Assembly (NCBI GenBank): GCA_038199465.1
Contig: JBBPYZ010000038.1
Span: 1 to 36,921, forward strand
DNA: 36,921 nucleotides
Direction: 5' to 3'
Source of the DNA: Acidimicrobiales bacterium
Lineage (GTDB): Bacteria > Actinomycetota > Acidimicrobiia > Acidimicrobiales > JAUJNH01
The notes under the pieces are model-generated. The model saw only the letters and a list, made by a program, of their open reading frames with translations, was not told the DNA's origin and searched no databases. Shown piece by piece: positions 19,260 to 27,945 of this stretch (the first letter of the stretch is position 1; each line of letters opens with the position of its first letter). Made by a program: the position numbers and the translations under genes.

Positions 19260-22200
19260 ATGGACGACCTCGCCCCCGGGCAGCCGGCGCTGGATGAGGC
19301 GCCGCCCGTGGTGGCCGTCATGGTGGTCTGTGACCCGGGGCCGTGGTTCGAGGAGTCGCTCACCGCGCTGGCCGCCCAGGATTACCCGGCCCTGTCGATC
19401 CTGGTCGTCGACGCCGCCAGCACCACCGACCCCACCGAGCGGGTGGCCGCGGCGGTGCCCTCGGCCTTCGTCCGCCGCCTGCACGTGGACCCGGGCTACG
19501 CCGCCGCCGCCAACGAGGTCCTCAAGGTCGTGAAGGGGGCATCGCACCTGCTCTTCGTGCACGACGACGCCGCCCCGGCGCCCGACGCCGTCCGCCTCTT
19601 GCTCGAGGCCGCCTACCGGGGGAACGCCGCCATCACCACGCCGAAGCTGGTGGCGTGGGACCAGCCTGATCTGCTGCTGGCGGTGGGCGAGTCGGCCGAC
19701 CCGCTCGGCCGGCCGGTGGCCATCGTGGAGCCGGGCGAGGTCGACCAGGGCCAGCACGACGCCGAGCGGGAGGTCCTGGTCGCCCCCGGCGCCTGCCTGC
19801 TCGTGCGGGCCGACCTGTTCCGGCGTCTGGGGGGGTTCGACCGGGCCGCGATCCTCGGGGCCGAGGACCTTGACCTGTGCTGGCGGGCCGCGGTGGCCGG
19901 TGCCCGCACCATGACCGCCCCGGCCGCCCGGGTCCGCCACCGCGCCGCCCTCACCAACGGCGAGCGGCACAGCCGCCTCGGGGACGTGCGCCGGCTCGAT
20001 CTCCATCTGCGTCTGCGGGCCGCGCTCGTCGCCGCCACGCCGCTCGGCTTCCTGGTGACGCTGGCCCAAGCCGGGGCCACCGCCGTCACCGAGGCCGTCG
20101 TGGCCATCGCCCTCGGCCGCCGGGGCAACGCCCGGATGGCGCTCGGCGCCTTTTCCTCGAACCTGCGGTCGATGGGCGGCCTCCTCGAATCGCGCCAGCG
20201 CCTGGCCGCCCTGCGCAAGGGCGGCGACCCGGCGGCGGTGCGCAGGCTGCTGGCCCGGCGGGGCCGGCTGGGGGCGCTGGTGCGCGAAGCCGGAGGTGAC
20301 GGCGGGAGCGGCGGTGAGCGGACCAGGGCCGAGCTGCTGCGCCTGGGGACCTCTGGATGGCGGTCGTCGGGCCTGCGCCGCCACATCGTCGCCCTCGGCG
20401 CGCTGGCCCTGGTGCTGCTGATCGGCAGCCGCCACCTCCTGCGCGGGCCGATGCCCCAGCTGGGCTCGCTGGCCGCCCTGCCCGAGGACCCGCTCCAGCT
20501 GCTCCGCACCTACCTCGGCGGGGCCCGGTCGGCCGGCATGGGCGGTCTCGGTGCCGTCCCGCCCGCCTTCGCCCTCCTCGGGCTGGCCAGCGTCGCCCTG
20601 CTCGGCGGCACCGGGCTGGTGGGCACGCTGCTCGTCTTCGGCTCGCTGATCGCCGGCGTCGTCGGGGCCGCCCGCCTGGCCCGACCGCTCGGCAGCGGCC
20701 GGGCCACCGCCGCCTCCGCCATCGCCTACGCCGCGGTGCCGTTGTGGCCCGACGCCCTGGCCCGGGGGCGGCTGGCGGGCCTGGTCGCCTACGGCCTGGC
20801 TCCGTGGCTGCTCCTGAGGTTGTTCCGGGCCACCGGCCTGGCCCCCTTCGGCGCCGACGCCCCGCCCGAGGACGGCGGCACCGCCGATGTCGGGCTGGCC
20901 CGCTCGGCCCGCCGGGCCCGCCGCCGGGCCGAGGCCAACCGGCCCGAGCCGGTCCTTGTCGGGGCCGGCGCCGGCGGTGCCCTTCCGTTCGAGCCGTTCG
21001 CCCCGGGCGAGCTCGAGGGCCTCGACGGGCCTCCGTTGCAGACCCCCGAGCTGGGTTGGACCAGCGGCGAGGCGCTCACCGAGGTGGGCGCTCAGCACGC
21101 TCTCGACGAGATGGGCGCCTTCGAGGACGACGTCGAGCTCGACGACCTGGCCCGGGTCCGGGTCCACCACCGGGGCCCGGCCGTCCGCCGCCTCGAGCCC
21201 CCGCCCGCCCCGCGGCGCACCCGCCTGCAGCAGGTCGCCGCCATGGCCGTACTTCTGGCCCTCGGCACGGCGCTGGCGCCGGCCCTCCTGCCGGCCGCCG
21301 TCGTCGCCGCCCTGGGGCTCCTGGCCAGCGTGGCCATCGCCGGCGAGGCGGCGGGCGTGCTCCGGGCCGCCCGCACCGCCGCCCTCGGGGCCCTCGGGGC
21401 CCTGGTGCTGCTCTCGCCCTGGAGCATCAGCCTGCTGCGGGCCGGCCAGTGGTCGGCCCTGACGGGCCCCGCCCGCCCCCTGGCCGACGCCCCGCGGGCC
21501 TTCGACCTCCTCCGCTTCTCCACCGGCCCGCTGCCCGTCGGCCCGCTGCCCCTGCTGCTCCTCCTCGCCGCCCTGCTCCCGCTGACCACGGGCCGCTCGT
21601 GGCGGGCGGCGTGGGCGGCCCGGTGCTGGTCGGTGTCCCTGGCCTGCTTCACCATCGCCCTCGTGGGCGGTCGGGGCTGGCTCGGCGTCACCGCCCTCGA
21701 ACCCGGAGTGCTCCTCCCCTTCGCCGCCGCCCCGGTGGCGCTGGCCATCGCCCTCGGCGCCGCCGCCTTCGAGGTGGACCTGCGGGGCTTCTCCTTCGGC
21801 TGGCGCCAGCTGGCCTCGCTCGGGGCCGCCGGAGCCGTGGCCCTCGCCTGCCTGCCGATGCTGCTCGGCGTGCACAGCGGGCGTTGGGGGGCGCCGACCC
21901 GCGACCTCGCCGGTGTCCTGTCGTGGATGCCGGACAAGGTGGGCGAGGGCGCCTTCCGGGTGCTGTGGATCGGCGATCCGGCCGCCCTGCCCCTGACCGG
22001 GTGGAACCTCGGCGACGGGCTGGCCTACGCCACCTCGCGCAACGGTCCGCCCACGGCCGCCGACCAGTGGGCCGGGCCCCAACAGGGCATCGACGAGCGG
22101 CTGATCGATCCGGTGCGCAGCGCCCGGAGCAACGACGTGGTCGACCTCGGCCACCGCCTCGCCCCCCTCGGCGTGCGCTACCTGGTGATCCCGCTGCGGG

Positions 22201-23132
22201 CCGCACCCGTCGACGCTCCCGAGCGGCCGGTGCCCGCCGACCTCCCGGCCGCCCTCCGGGCCCAGGTCGACCTCCGCCAGATCGACACCAACGCCTCGCT
22301 GCTGGTCTTTGAGAACGTGGCCTGGGCCCCCACCCGGGCCCAGCTGCCGGCCGGGGCGGCCGAGGCCGCCCGCGCCAAGAAGGCCGACGTCGCCGCCCTC
22401 GACCTCAGCGGCGCCGAGCCGGTGCTCGACCCGACCAGGCCCGGGTCGTCCCGCTTCCAGGGCGACGTGCAGGCCGGCGAGGTCCTGGTGGCCGAGGCCC
22501 CGAGCGGGTGGCAGCTGAAGGTCGACGGGCGGTCGGCCGAGCGACACCCGGCCTTTGGCGTGGTCGGCTTCACCGTCACCGCCCCCGGGACGGCCACGCT
22601 GCAGCTGAGCCCCCCTCTCCTCCACCGCCTGGCCGTCGTGGTGCAGGCCCTGCTGTGGCTCGCTGCGCTCGTGCTGGTCACGGGCGGCTCGCTCGGGGGA
22701 GCGTGGCCCTGGGGACGGGCCCGCCACCTCCGGTCGGCGGGCTCCCCCCCGCTGCCGCTCCGCCCGGAGGGCTCGGGCGTGGTGCTTCTCGATCCCGTCG
22801 GCGGCGCGGGGGCGATGGCCGCTGGCCTCGGGCCGCGATCCACGTTCGGCGACCCGCCACCGCGGGGTGGGCCGGAGCGCGCCGGACCCGCCCCCTTGCC
22901 GGACGACGTGACCGACGGGGATCGCTCTGACGCCGCCGACGATCCGGGCGACGAGGGACCAGCCGACGACCGCGACCTCTTGGACGACCTGGACGACGTG
23001 AGCGACCTGGACGACTGGGACGCCGGGGATCCCGTGCACCTCGAGGACGCTGACGACTGGGACGACACCGGGGGTCCGGGTGGGGCGGCTGCCGCCGACG
23101 ATCGGGAGCACCCTGAGGGGGGCTTCCGGTGA
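19260..23132 (+). CDS. Giant fusion protein: N-terminal GT2 (WbbL/COG1216-like) domain, polytopic membrane region, extracytoplasmic domain, final TM helix and acidic tail
   Basis: ATG 19260 is in frame with track ORF 19188..23132; GTG 19233 is an alternative start. The GT2 block contains VAVMVVCDPGPWFEESLTALAAQDYPALSILVVD, HDDAAP (DxD), GACLLVRADLFRRLGGFD and EDLDLCWRA. Many hydrophobic helices follow, split by a charged loop. A domain of about 330 aa (WMPDKVGEGAFRVLWIGDP...) precedes a last helix and an Asp-rich C-terminus. Confidence 0.85.
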   Translation: MDDLAPGQPALDEAPPVVAVMVVCDPGPWFEESLTALAAQDYPALSILVVDAASTTDPTERVAAAVPSAFVRRLHVDPGYAAAANEVLKVVKGASHLLFVHDDAAPAPDAVRLLLEAAYRGNAAITTPKLVAWDQPDLLLAVGESADPLGRPVAIVEPGEVDQGQHDAEREVLVAPGACLLVRADLFRRLGGFDRAAILGAEDLDLCWRAAVAGARTMTAPAARVRHRAALTNGERHSRLGDVRRLDLHLRLRAALVAATPLGFLVTLAQAGATAVTEAVVAIALGRRGNARMALGAFSSNLRSMGGLLESRQRLAALRKGGDPAAVRRLLARRGRLGALVREAGGDGGSGGERTRAELLRLGTSGWRSSGLRRHIVALGALALVLLIGSRHLLRGPMPQLGSLAALPEDPLQLLRTYLGGARSAGMGGLGAVPPAFALLGLASVALLGGTGLVGTLLVFGSLIAGVVGAARLARPLGSGRATAASAIAYAAVPLWPDALARGRLAGLVAYGLAPWLLLRLFRATGLAPFGADAPPEDGGTADVGLARSARRARRRAEANRPEPVLVGAGAGGALPFEPFAPGELEGLDGPPLQTPELGWTSGEALTEVGAQHALDEMGAFEDDVELDDLARVRVHHRGPAVRRLEPPPAPRRTRLQQVAAMAVLLALGTALAPALLPAAVVAALGLLASVAIAGEAAGVLRAARTAALGALGALVLLSPWSISLLRAGQWSALTGPARPLADAPRAFDLLRFSTGPLPVGPLPLLLLLAALLPLTTGRSWRAAWAARCWSVSLACFTIALVGGRGWLGVTALEPGVLLPFAAAPVALAIALGAAAFEVDLRGFSFGWRQLASLGAAGAVALACLPMLLGVHSGRWGAPTRDLAGVLSWMPDKVGEGAFRVLWIGDPAALPLTGWNLGDGLAYATSRNGPPTAADQWAGPQQGIDERLIDPVRSARSNDVVDLGHRLAPLGVRYLVIPLRAAPVDAPERPVPADLPAALRAQVDLRQIDTNASLLVFENVAWAPTRAQLPAGAAEAARAKKADVAALDLSGAEPVLDPTRPGSSRFQGDVQAGEVLVAEAPSGWQLKVDGRSAERHPAFGVVGFTVTAPGTATLQLSPPLLHRLAVVVQALLWLAALVLVTGGSLGGAWPWGRARHLRSAGSPPLPLRPEGSGVVLLDPVGGAGAMAAGLGPRSTFGDPPPRGGPERAGPAPLPDDVTDGDRSDAADDPGDEGPADDRDLLDDLDDVSDLDDWDAGDPVHLEDADDWDDTGGPGGAAAADDREHPEGGFR

Positions 23133-24520
23133 TCGCCGGCGGGCGCTTCCTGGCTGTGGGCGTCGTCCTCGCCACCCTCGGGGCCGGTGTCGTGATCGAC
23201 CGCCTCGACCGGCCCGCCCGCCCCGCCGTCCGCGAGGCGGCCGAGACGGCCTCGGGACCCACCATGGCCGGGGCCGACGTCGGCTCGAGCGCCTGGTTCT
23301 GCCCCGGCGGGCCCCTCGGCCGCGTCGATCAGGCCGACGTCACCGTCGCCCTGTCCAACACCACCGCCCGCTCGCTCTCGGCCCGGGTCACCGCCCTCCC
23401 CGTCTCCGGCCAGGCTGACCCCGTCGAGCGCCGGATCGACGTGCCGGCCCTCGGCTCCACCAGCGTCCGCCTGACCGAGCTGCTGGGAGGCACCACGCCG
23501 GCCGGCGCCACCATCGTCGCCCCCGGCGGGCTGGTGGCCCAGCAGGCCATCAAGACCCAGGACGGCTCGGCCATCGGCCCGTGTGCCTCCAGCGCCAACG
23601 ACCACTGGTTCACCGCGGTGGGCTCGACCGCCCAGGGCTCGTCGCTGGTGCTCAGCCTGCTGAACCCCTTCCCCGACGAGGCCATCGTCAGCATGGCCTT
23701 CTCCAGCGATCAGGGCCGCGCCGTGCCCGGCGACCTCCAGGGGCTGTTGGTGCCGGGCCGCTCGCTGCGGGTGGTCGACATCGGCGAGCACGTGCGCCGC
23801 CGTGAGGGGGTGTCCGCCGAGATCGTGGCCCGCCGTGGCCGCCTGGTCGTCGGCCGGAACTTCCGCAAGGGCGGAGGATCCAGTACGGTGCTGGCCGCCC
23901 CGGCGGCCGCCCCCACCTGGTACCTGCCCGGCGGGGTTCGGGCCGACGGGGTCACCAACCGGCTGGTGGTGGCCAACCCCTCGGACCGCGACGCCGAGGT
24001 CAGCGTCGAGCTGCGGCTGAAGGAGGGCGCCGTCGAGCCCTTCACCCTCACCGTGGCGGCTCAGGACCGCGCCGAGCTGAACCTCGACGACGCCCGGGTC
24101 CCGAAGGGCGTGCCCTACTCGATCGTCGCCCGCTCCCTCGAGGAGGTGCCGATCGTCGTCGAGCGCTCCACCGAGGGTCGGTCGGACCGCAGCGACGTGC
24201 TGGGCGGGACCACACCCGACCGGGCCTGGGTGGCGGCGGCGGTGGGCCCCGGCCAGGACGCCCTGGCCATCTACAACGCCGGCGACGGGCTGGCCGAGGT
24301 CACCGTCACCCCCCTCGACGGCGACGGCGTCCCCCTGACGGGCGAGCCCCTGCGCATCGAGCCCGGCGTGCGGGGCAGCCTCCGGCTCGACGACAAGCCG
24401 GCCGCCAAGGGCAACGCCGTCCTCGTCGAGTCCACCCAGCTGCTGGTCGTCGAGCGGGACAGCGGTGACGGCGCTCCCACCCAGGGCGGCACCGTGGCCG
24501 TCGCCCTCGGGCGGCGCTGA
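23129..24520 (+). CDS. Membrane-anchored extracytoplasmic beta-rich protein, DUF5719-like
   Basis: Track ORF of 463 aa. The GTG overlaps the previous stop as GTGA. It has an N-terminal TM anchor (FLAVGVVLATLGAGVVI) and a WFCPGG motif. Repeated strand-like segments recur (LSLLNPFPDEAIVSMAF, LVVANPSDRDAEVSVEL, LAIYNAGDGLAEVTVTP). The DUF5719 assignment is from memory of this gene pair in Actinobacteria. Confidence 0.7.
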   Translation: MIAGGRFLAVGVVLATLGAGVVIDRLDRPARPAVREAAETASGPTMAGADVGSSAWFCPGGPLGRVDQADVTVALSNTTARSLSARVTALPVSGQADPVERRIDVPALGSTSVRLTELLGGTTPAGATIVAPGGLVAQQAIKTQDGSAIGPCASSANDHWFTAVGSTAQGSSLVLSLLNPFPDEAIVSMAFSSDQGRAVPGDLQGLLVPGRSLRVVDIGEHVRRREGVSAEIVARRGRLVVGRNFRKGGGSSTVLAAPAAAPTWYLPGGVRADGVTNRLVVANPSDRDAEVSVELRLKEGAVEPFTLTVAAQDRAELNLDDARVPKGVPYSIVARSLEEVPIVVERSTEGRSDRSDVLGGTTPDRAWVAAAVGPGQDALAIYNAGDGLAEVTVTPLDGDGVPLTGEPLRIEPGVRGSLRLDDKPAAKGNAVLVESTQLLVVERDSGDGAPTQGGTVAVALGRR

Positions 24521-24538
24521 GTCCGTCGGGAAGCCGCG

Positions 24539-24961
24539 GTGGAACGTCTGGTGGTGGCTGCGGTGCTCGTGGCGGTGGTGGCCGTGGTCGCGCTCGTGGT
24601 GGGGCGCCGCCAGCGGTCGGACCCGCCGTCCCAGCCCCGACGGTGGCCGATGCCGGCCCAGCTCGACCGGGACGACTTCGAGGGGGCGGAGATCCCCTGG
24701 CTGGCCACCCTGTTCACCTCGGCCACCTGCGACTCGTGCGGTCGGATCGAGCAGATGGTGCGCCCGCTGGCCTCCTCGAGCGTCGCCGTGACCGTGGTGG
24801 CCTGGCAGGACGAAAAGGCGCTCCACGAGCGCTACGGCATCGAGGCCGTGCCCTGCTTCGTGCTGGCCGACGACGAGGGGGTGGTGCGCTACGGCTTCGT
24901 CGGCAGTGAGGTCACCGCCACAGATCTGTGGGCCGCCGTCGCCGAAGCCCGCAGTCTGTGA
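24539..24961 (+). CDS. Membrane-anchored thioredoxin-fold protein with a CxxC motif
   Basis: Track ORF of 140 aa with an N-terminal TM helix (VVAAVLVAVVAVVALVV). WLATLFTSATCDSCGRI contains CDSC in the position expected for a thioredoxin-like active site. AVPCFVLADDEG resembles the cis-Pro loop region. Confidence 0.65.
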   Translation: MERLVVAAVLVAVVAVVALVVGRRQRSDPPSQPRRWPMPAQLDRDDFEGAEIPWLATLFTSATCDSCGRIEQMVRPLASSSVAVTVVAWQDEKALHERYGIEAVPCFVLADDEGVVRYGFVGSEVTATDLWAAVAEARSL

Positions 24962-25026
24962 AATCCCGTAACATCCCCGCCAGAACGCCGCCCTTAGCTT
25001 AGGGCGCCAGCAGCGAACGCGGAACC

Positions 25027-25896
25027 TCAGGTGATGGGGGCCCGCCAGAGCGCGGCCCAGGTCAGGGGCCCGACCTTGCCGTCGGCCACCAAGCCCTTCT
25101 CGCTCTGGAACTTGCGAACGACACCGTCGGTGGCCCCGTCGAACACACCGTTCACCGGCACCCTCCAGCCCCGGTCCTGCAAGCGCTGCTGGACCTGGAG
25201 CACCGCAGCCCCCTGGGATCCTGCCTGCACCAGGCCAGGGTAGGGCGGCACCGTCGAGCCGGCCGGCGGCGGCGTGGGCGCCATCGGAGCCGGTGTCCCG
25301 GCGTGGCGGGTGAGGCGGCCGTACACCGCCAAGATGGTGGTCCCGTAGCGCGGGTCGCTGGCCCAGCGACCGTTGCCCAGCTGGTCCCAGTCACGTATCT
25401 GGCCGGTGGCCGTGAAGTAACGCCACCGCGGGTCGACCAGTGGGGTGCGCAGCTGGGCCGAGGTGATCGGGGCGGCCCAGCCCTTGAGGTGCTGGATCTG
25501 GGCCCGGACACCGATGCGGGCGGTGGGGAAGAGGCTGGAGCCGGTGCCGCCGTCGACAGCCCCTAGACCGGAGAAGTTGTTGTTCCCGGGAGGCATCCGG
25601 CTGGTGGGGAAGGTGAGCCAGCCGGACTCCACCATGGCCTGGCAGAAGGCGATGTCGCCACGCACCCCTTCCAGCGCCCCTTCGTCGAGGAAGAGCTGGG
25701 CCAGCGTGGTCACGGGCACGGTGGCACGGCTCCGGTGCCCCACCGAGGCGTACATGGCCGCGATCTGGCGGGCGCTGTACTGCGCGACCGCCCGAGGATG
25801 GGGGTGCCGGCCAGAGCCGGACGAGCGGTGGCCACCGGCAGGACGGCGGTGGCGGCCAACGTGGCCGCGCCGACCAGGAAGCCCCGCCGGCTGCAC
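25027..25896 (-). CDS. Peptidoglycan hydrolase (glucosaminidase-type domain plus C-terminal PG_binding_1 domain); apparently frameshifted at its 5' end
   Basis: Track ORF of 289 aa. AFCQAMVESGWLTFP...PGNNNFSGLG is glucosaminidase-like. The C-terminal GSQGAAVLQVQQRLQDRGWRVPVNGVFDGATDGVVRKFQSEKGLVADGKVGPLTWAALW is a classic peptidoglycan-binding repeat. Its Tat signal peptide lies in another frame (track ORF 25710..25925). Confidence 0.8.
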   Translation of the reverse strand: MQPAGLPGRRGHVGRHRRPAGGHRSSGSGRHPHPRAVAQYSARQIAAMYASVGHRSRATVPVTTLAQLFLDEGALEGVRGDIAFCQAMVESGWLTFPTSRMPPGNNNFSGLGAVDGGTGSSLFPTARIGVRAQIQHLKGWAAPITSAQLRTPLVDPRWRYFTATGQIRDWDQLGNGRWASDPRYGTTILAVYGRLTRHAGTPAPMAPTPPPAGSTVPPYPGLVQAGSQGAAVLQVQQRLQDRGWRVPVNGVFDGATDGVVRKFQSEKGLVADGKVGPLTWAALWRAPIT

Positions 25897-26006
25897 GCGA
25901 AGCTGGCGATCGGGTTGTCGGGCACGGCTTCTCCAGTGCTGGTGGCCCGGGAGGCCGGTGGAGGACGCTCTGCTTCAAGGCGAGGGCCCTGAAACGTTCC
26001 GGCATG

Positions 26007-27944
26007 CTAGCGAGCGGCGTCCGGGGCTGCTCGCATCCGCCCGGGGCCGGCCCCGGGACCTCCGGTATCCGCCGATGGTTCCTCGGCCGTGCGTGGAGAT
26101 CCCAGCTGCTCGATGGTCTCACGAGGCGGAGGGTGACCGAGTACCGTCCACTGCTGAGCTTCAGGCGCGGTCGGGTACTGGTCCCAGTACTCGTCGCTCA
26201 CCATATGGCGGTAGGCCCGGCCGTATGAGCGCTTCAGGGTGCCGAAGCGGAGCGGGATGCGCCCGGCGGTGAGGAGCATCTGGGGAAGCAGTCTGAAGAA
26301 GAGGTTGCGGTCCCTGGTGGCGACGAAGCCCCTCGCCCGTTGTCGGTCTCGGTAGAGGATCTGGGTCCGAAGCAGCGAGACGTGCAGGGCTCGCTGTTGG
26401 ACAGGCACGGCGCCGATGGGGCTGCGCTGCATCCGGCGAGGTAGGACGTGACCTCCGAGGAGCCCGATAGACGCGAGGCTGGCGGCCAGCTTCCTGATCT
26501 TGCTCTTCGAGGGTAGGTCGTCGACTGCCATGAGGGCCTCGGTGAGGGGTTCGATCCGTTCGCCGCGGTAGCGGGCCACCTCGTCGTTGAGCTTGGAATG
26601 ATCGATGGTGAGCCAATGTTCCGGTCCGCGAAGGAACTCACGCATGCCCAAGGTGATGCTGGCGGCGCTTGCGTACTTGAAGCTGAGCAGGCTGCGGCCG
26701 CAGATGTTCAGGTAACGGTTCAGGAGGTGCCACCACCTGACGTCGGGCTGGGCGAGCACGCTGATGAGTGCGAAGTTGCGGGTGTCATAGAACCAGGTGA
26801 GCGGGCCCTGCTTGTCATCGAAGTCGGCATGCCACAGGCCGATTCCGTTGAACGTCACGGTGTGGGAGCCGGCGTGGAGGAGGCCCCAACAGACGTCGTC
26901 GCCCCGGATGAAGGCCGGGATCGGGTTCTCCTCGGTGAGGCTCAACGGGAACGCGAAGTACCACCAGGCTCCGTAATCGATGTGTTCGTACTCTCGCTCG
27001 GCGCCCAGCAGCGCGGTCCAGTCAGCGAGGTCAAGGTCTTGGCCGAGGGCCCGAGTCGGGTAGACCGCGGTGCCGACGAAGCGGGCCCCCGCTTCGAACT
27101 GCCTGGTCTGAGCGCTCTGCTGGAGCATCGCCCCGGCGATGCAGAGGTGGTCGTCGCGGGCGTAGGAGAGGACCTGGATCGTACGGAAGACGATCTCGGG
27201 GTCGAAGCTGACGTCATCGTCCATGAACAGGACGTGGGTGGTGCCGGCCTGTCGGCGGAAGTGCTTGAGGCCCCGGGTGAAACCGCCGGCGCCGCCGGTG
27301 TTGGGGTTCGGGAGCACCGTGATGGACGTCCCGGCCGTGATCTGTGGATCGAGGTTGCGACCGTTGTCGACCACGGCGACCGCGAGCCGGTCGGCATAGG
27401 ACGGGGCCAGCTCGAGCTCTGCGATCAGACCGTTGAGGTTCGCCCTGACCTCGGCAGGTCGGTTGAAGGTGGTGATGACGAGCCCGAGCCGGGCGACGAG
27501 GCCGGGCGTGTCGCTGGTGCGCCACTGCGCGTTGCGAAGGGTGGCGCCGTCACCCAGGCAGCTGATGCGCAGGAACACCGCTCCGTCCCCGAGGGTGTCG
27601 AGGGGCGGGAGGCCGAGCTCGGACCAGGTCGGCTTGTCGGCGACGACCTCGGTGCTAGCGATGACGTCGGGACTCCGGTCGAGACGATCGTGGACCACCT
27701 CGATCCGGCAGGCGCCCGAGATCTCAACCGCGACCGTGAGCTGCCTGACCGTGGTGTGCCGCAGCCACTTCCCGACCCCGAAGGCGTTGAAGTAGGTGTC
27801 GAACTGCACGATCCCGCCGACGCCGAGACGCACCTGTCGATCGAGGACCGAGTGCTCGGCGTCGCGCACCGGCCTGACGTAGAGCTCGGTGCTGGGGCAC
27901 AGTTCGAAGGACGGGAAGCGGAACCGGCACAAGACGGTGGCCAA
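26007..27944 (-). CDS. GlfT2-family galactofuranosyltransferase (paralogue B)
   Basis: Track ORF of 645 aa with a TTG start that aligns with the start of its paralogue. N-terminal domain has FDTYFNAFGVGKW. The GT-A core has VITTFNRP, NTGGAGGF and LFMDDDVSF. Further blocks are YGAWWYFAFP, IRGDDVCWGL...WHADF and LRGPEHW. These match my recollection of M. tuberculosis GlfT2 (ATYFNAF, IPTFNRP, NLGGSGGY, FMDDDI, WDDADYGL). Confidence 0.88.
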   Translation of the reverse strand: MATVLCRFRFPSFELCPSTELYVRPVRDAEHSVLDRQVRLGVGGIVQFDTYFNAFGVGKWLRHTTVRQLTVAVEISGACRIEVVHDRLDRSPDVIASTEVVADKPTWSELGLPPLDTLGDGAVFLRISCLGDGATLRNAQWRTSDTPGLVARLGLVITTFNRPAEVRANLNGLIAELELAPSYADRLAVAVVDNGRNLDPQITAGTSITVLPNPNTGGAGGFTRGLKHFRRQAGTTHVLFMDDDVSFDPEIVFRTIQVLSYARDDHLCIAGAMLQQSAQTRQFEAGARFVGTAVYPTRALGQDLDLADWTALLGAEREYEHIDYGAWWYFAFPLSLTEENPIPAFIRGDDVCWGLLHAGSHTVTFNGIGLWHADFDDKQGPLTWFYDTRNFALISVLAQPDVRWWHLLNRYLNICGRSLLSFKYASAASITLGMREFLRGPEHWLTIDHSKLNDEVARYRGERIEPLTEALMAVDDLPSKSKIRKLAASLASIGLLGGHVLPRRMQRSPIGAVPVQQRALHVSLLRTQILYRDRQRARGFVATRDRNLFFRLLPQMLLTAGRIPLRFGTLKRSYGRAYRHMVSDEYWDQYPTAPEAQQWTVLGHPPPRETIEQLGSPRTAEEPSADTGGPGAGPGRMRAAPDAAR

Positions 27945-27945
27945 C

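Noticed and set aside
19242-24826. Very long minus-strand ORFs (19242..23111, 1289 aa; 22178..24826, 882 aa) antisense to the giant GT2 and DUF5719-like genes.
   Set aside because: The composition is dominated by Gly, Arg, Pro and Ala, with no TM or domain signatures. The plus-strand frames carry clear GT2, TM and signal-anchor features.
24989-25006. Hairpin CGCCCT-TAGCTT-AGGGCG between the convergent CxxC-protein and hydrolase genes, considered as a bidirectional terminator.
   Set aside because: It has only a 6-bp stem and no flanking T/A tract on either strand, so it cannot be supported as an intrinsic terminator.
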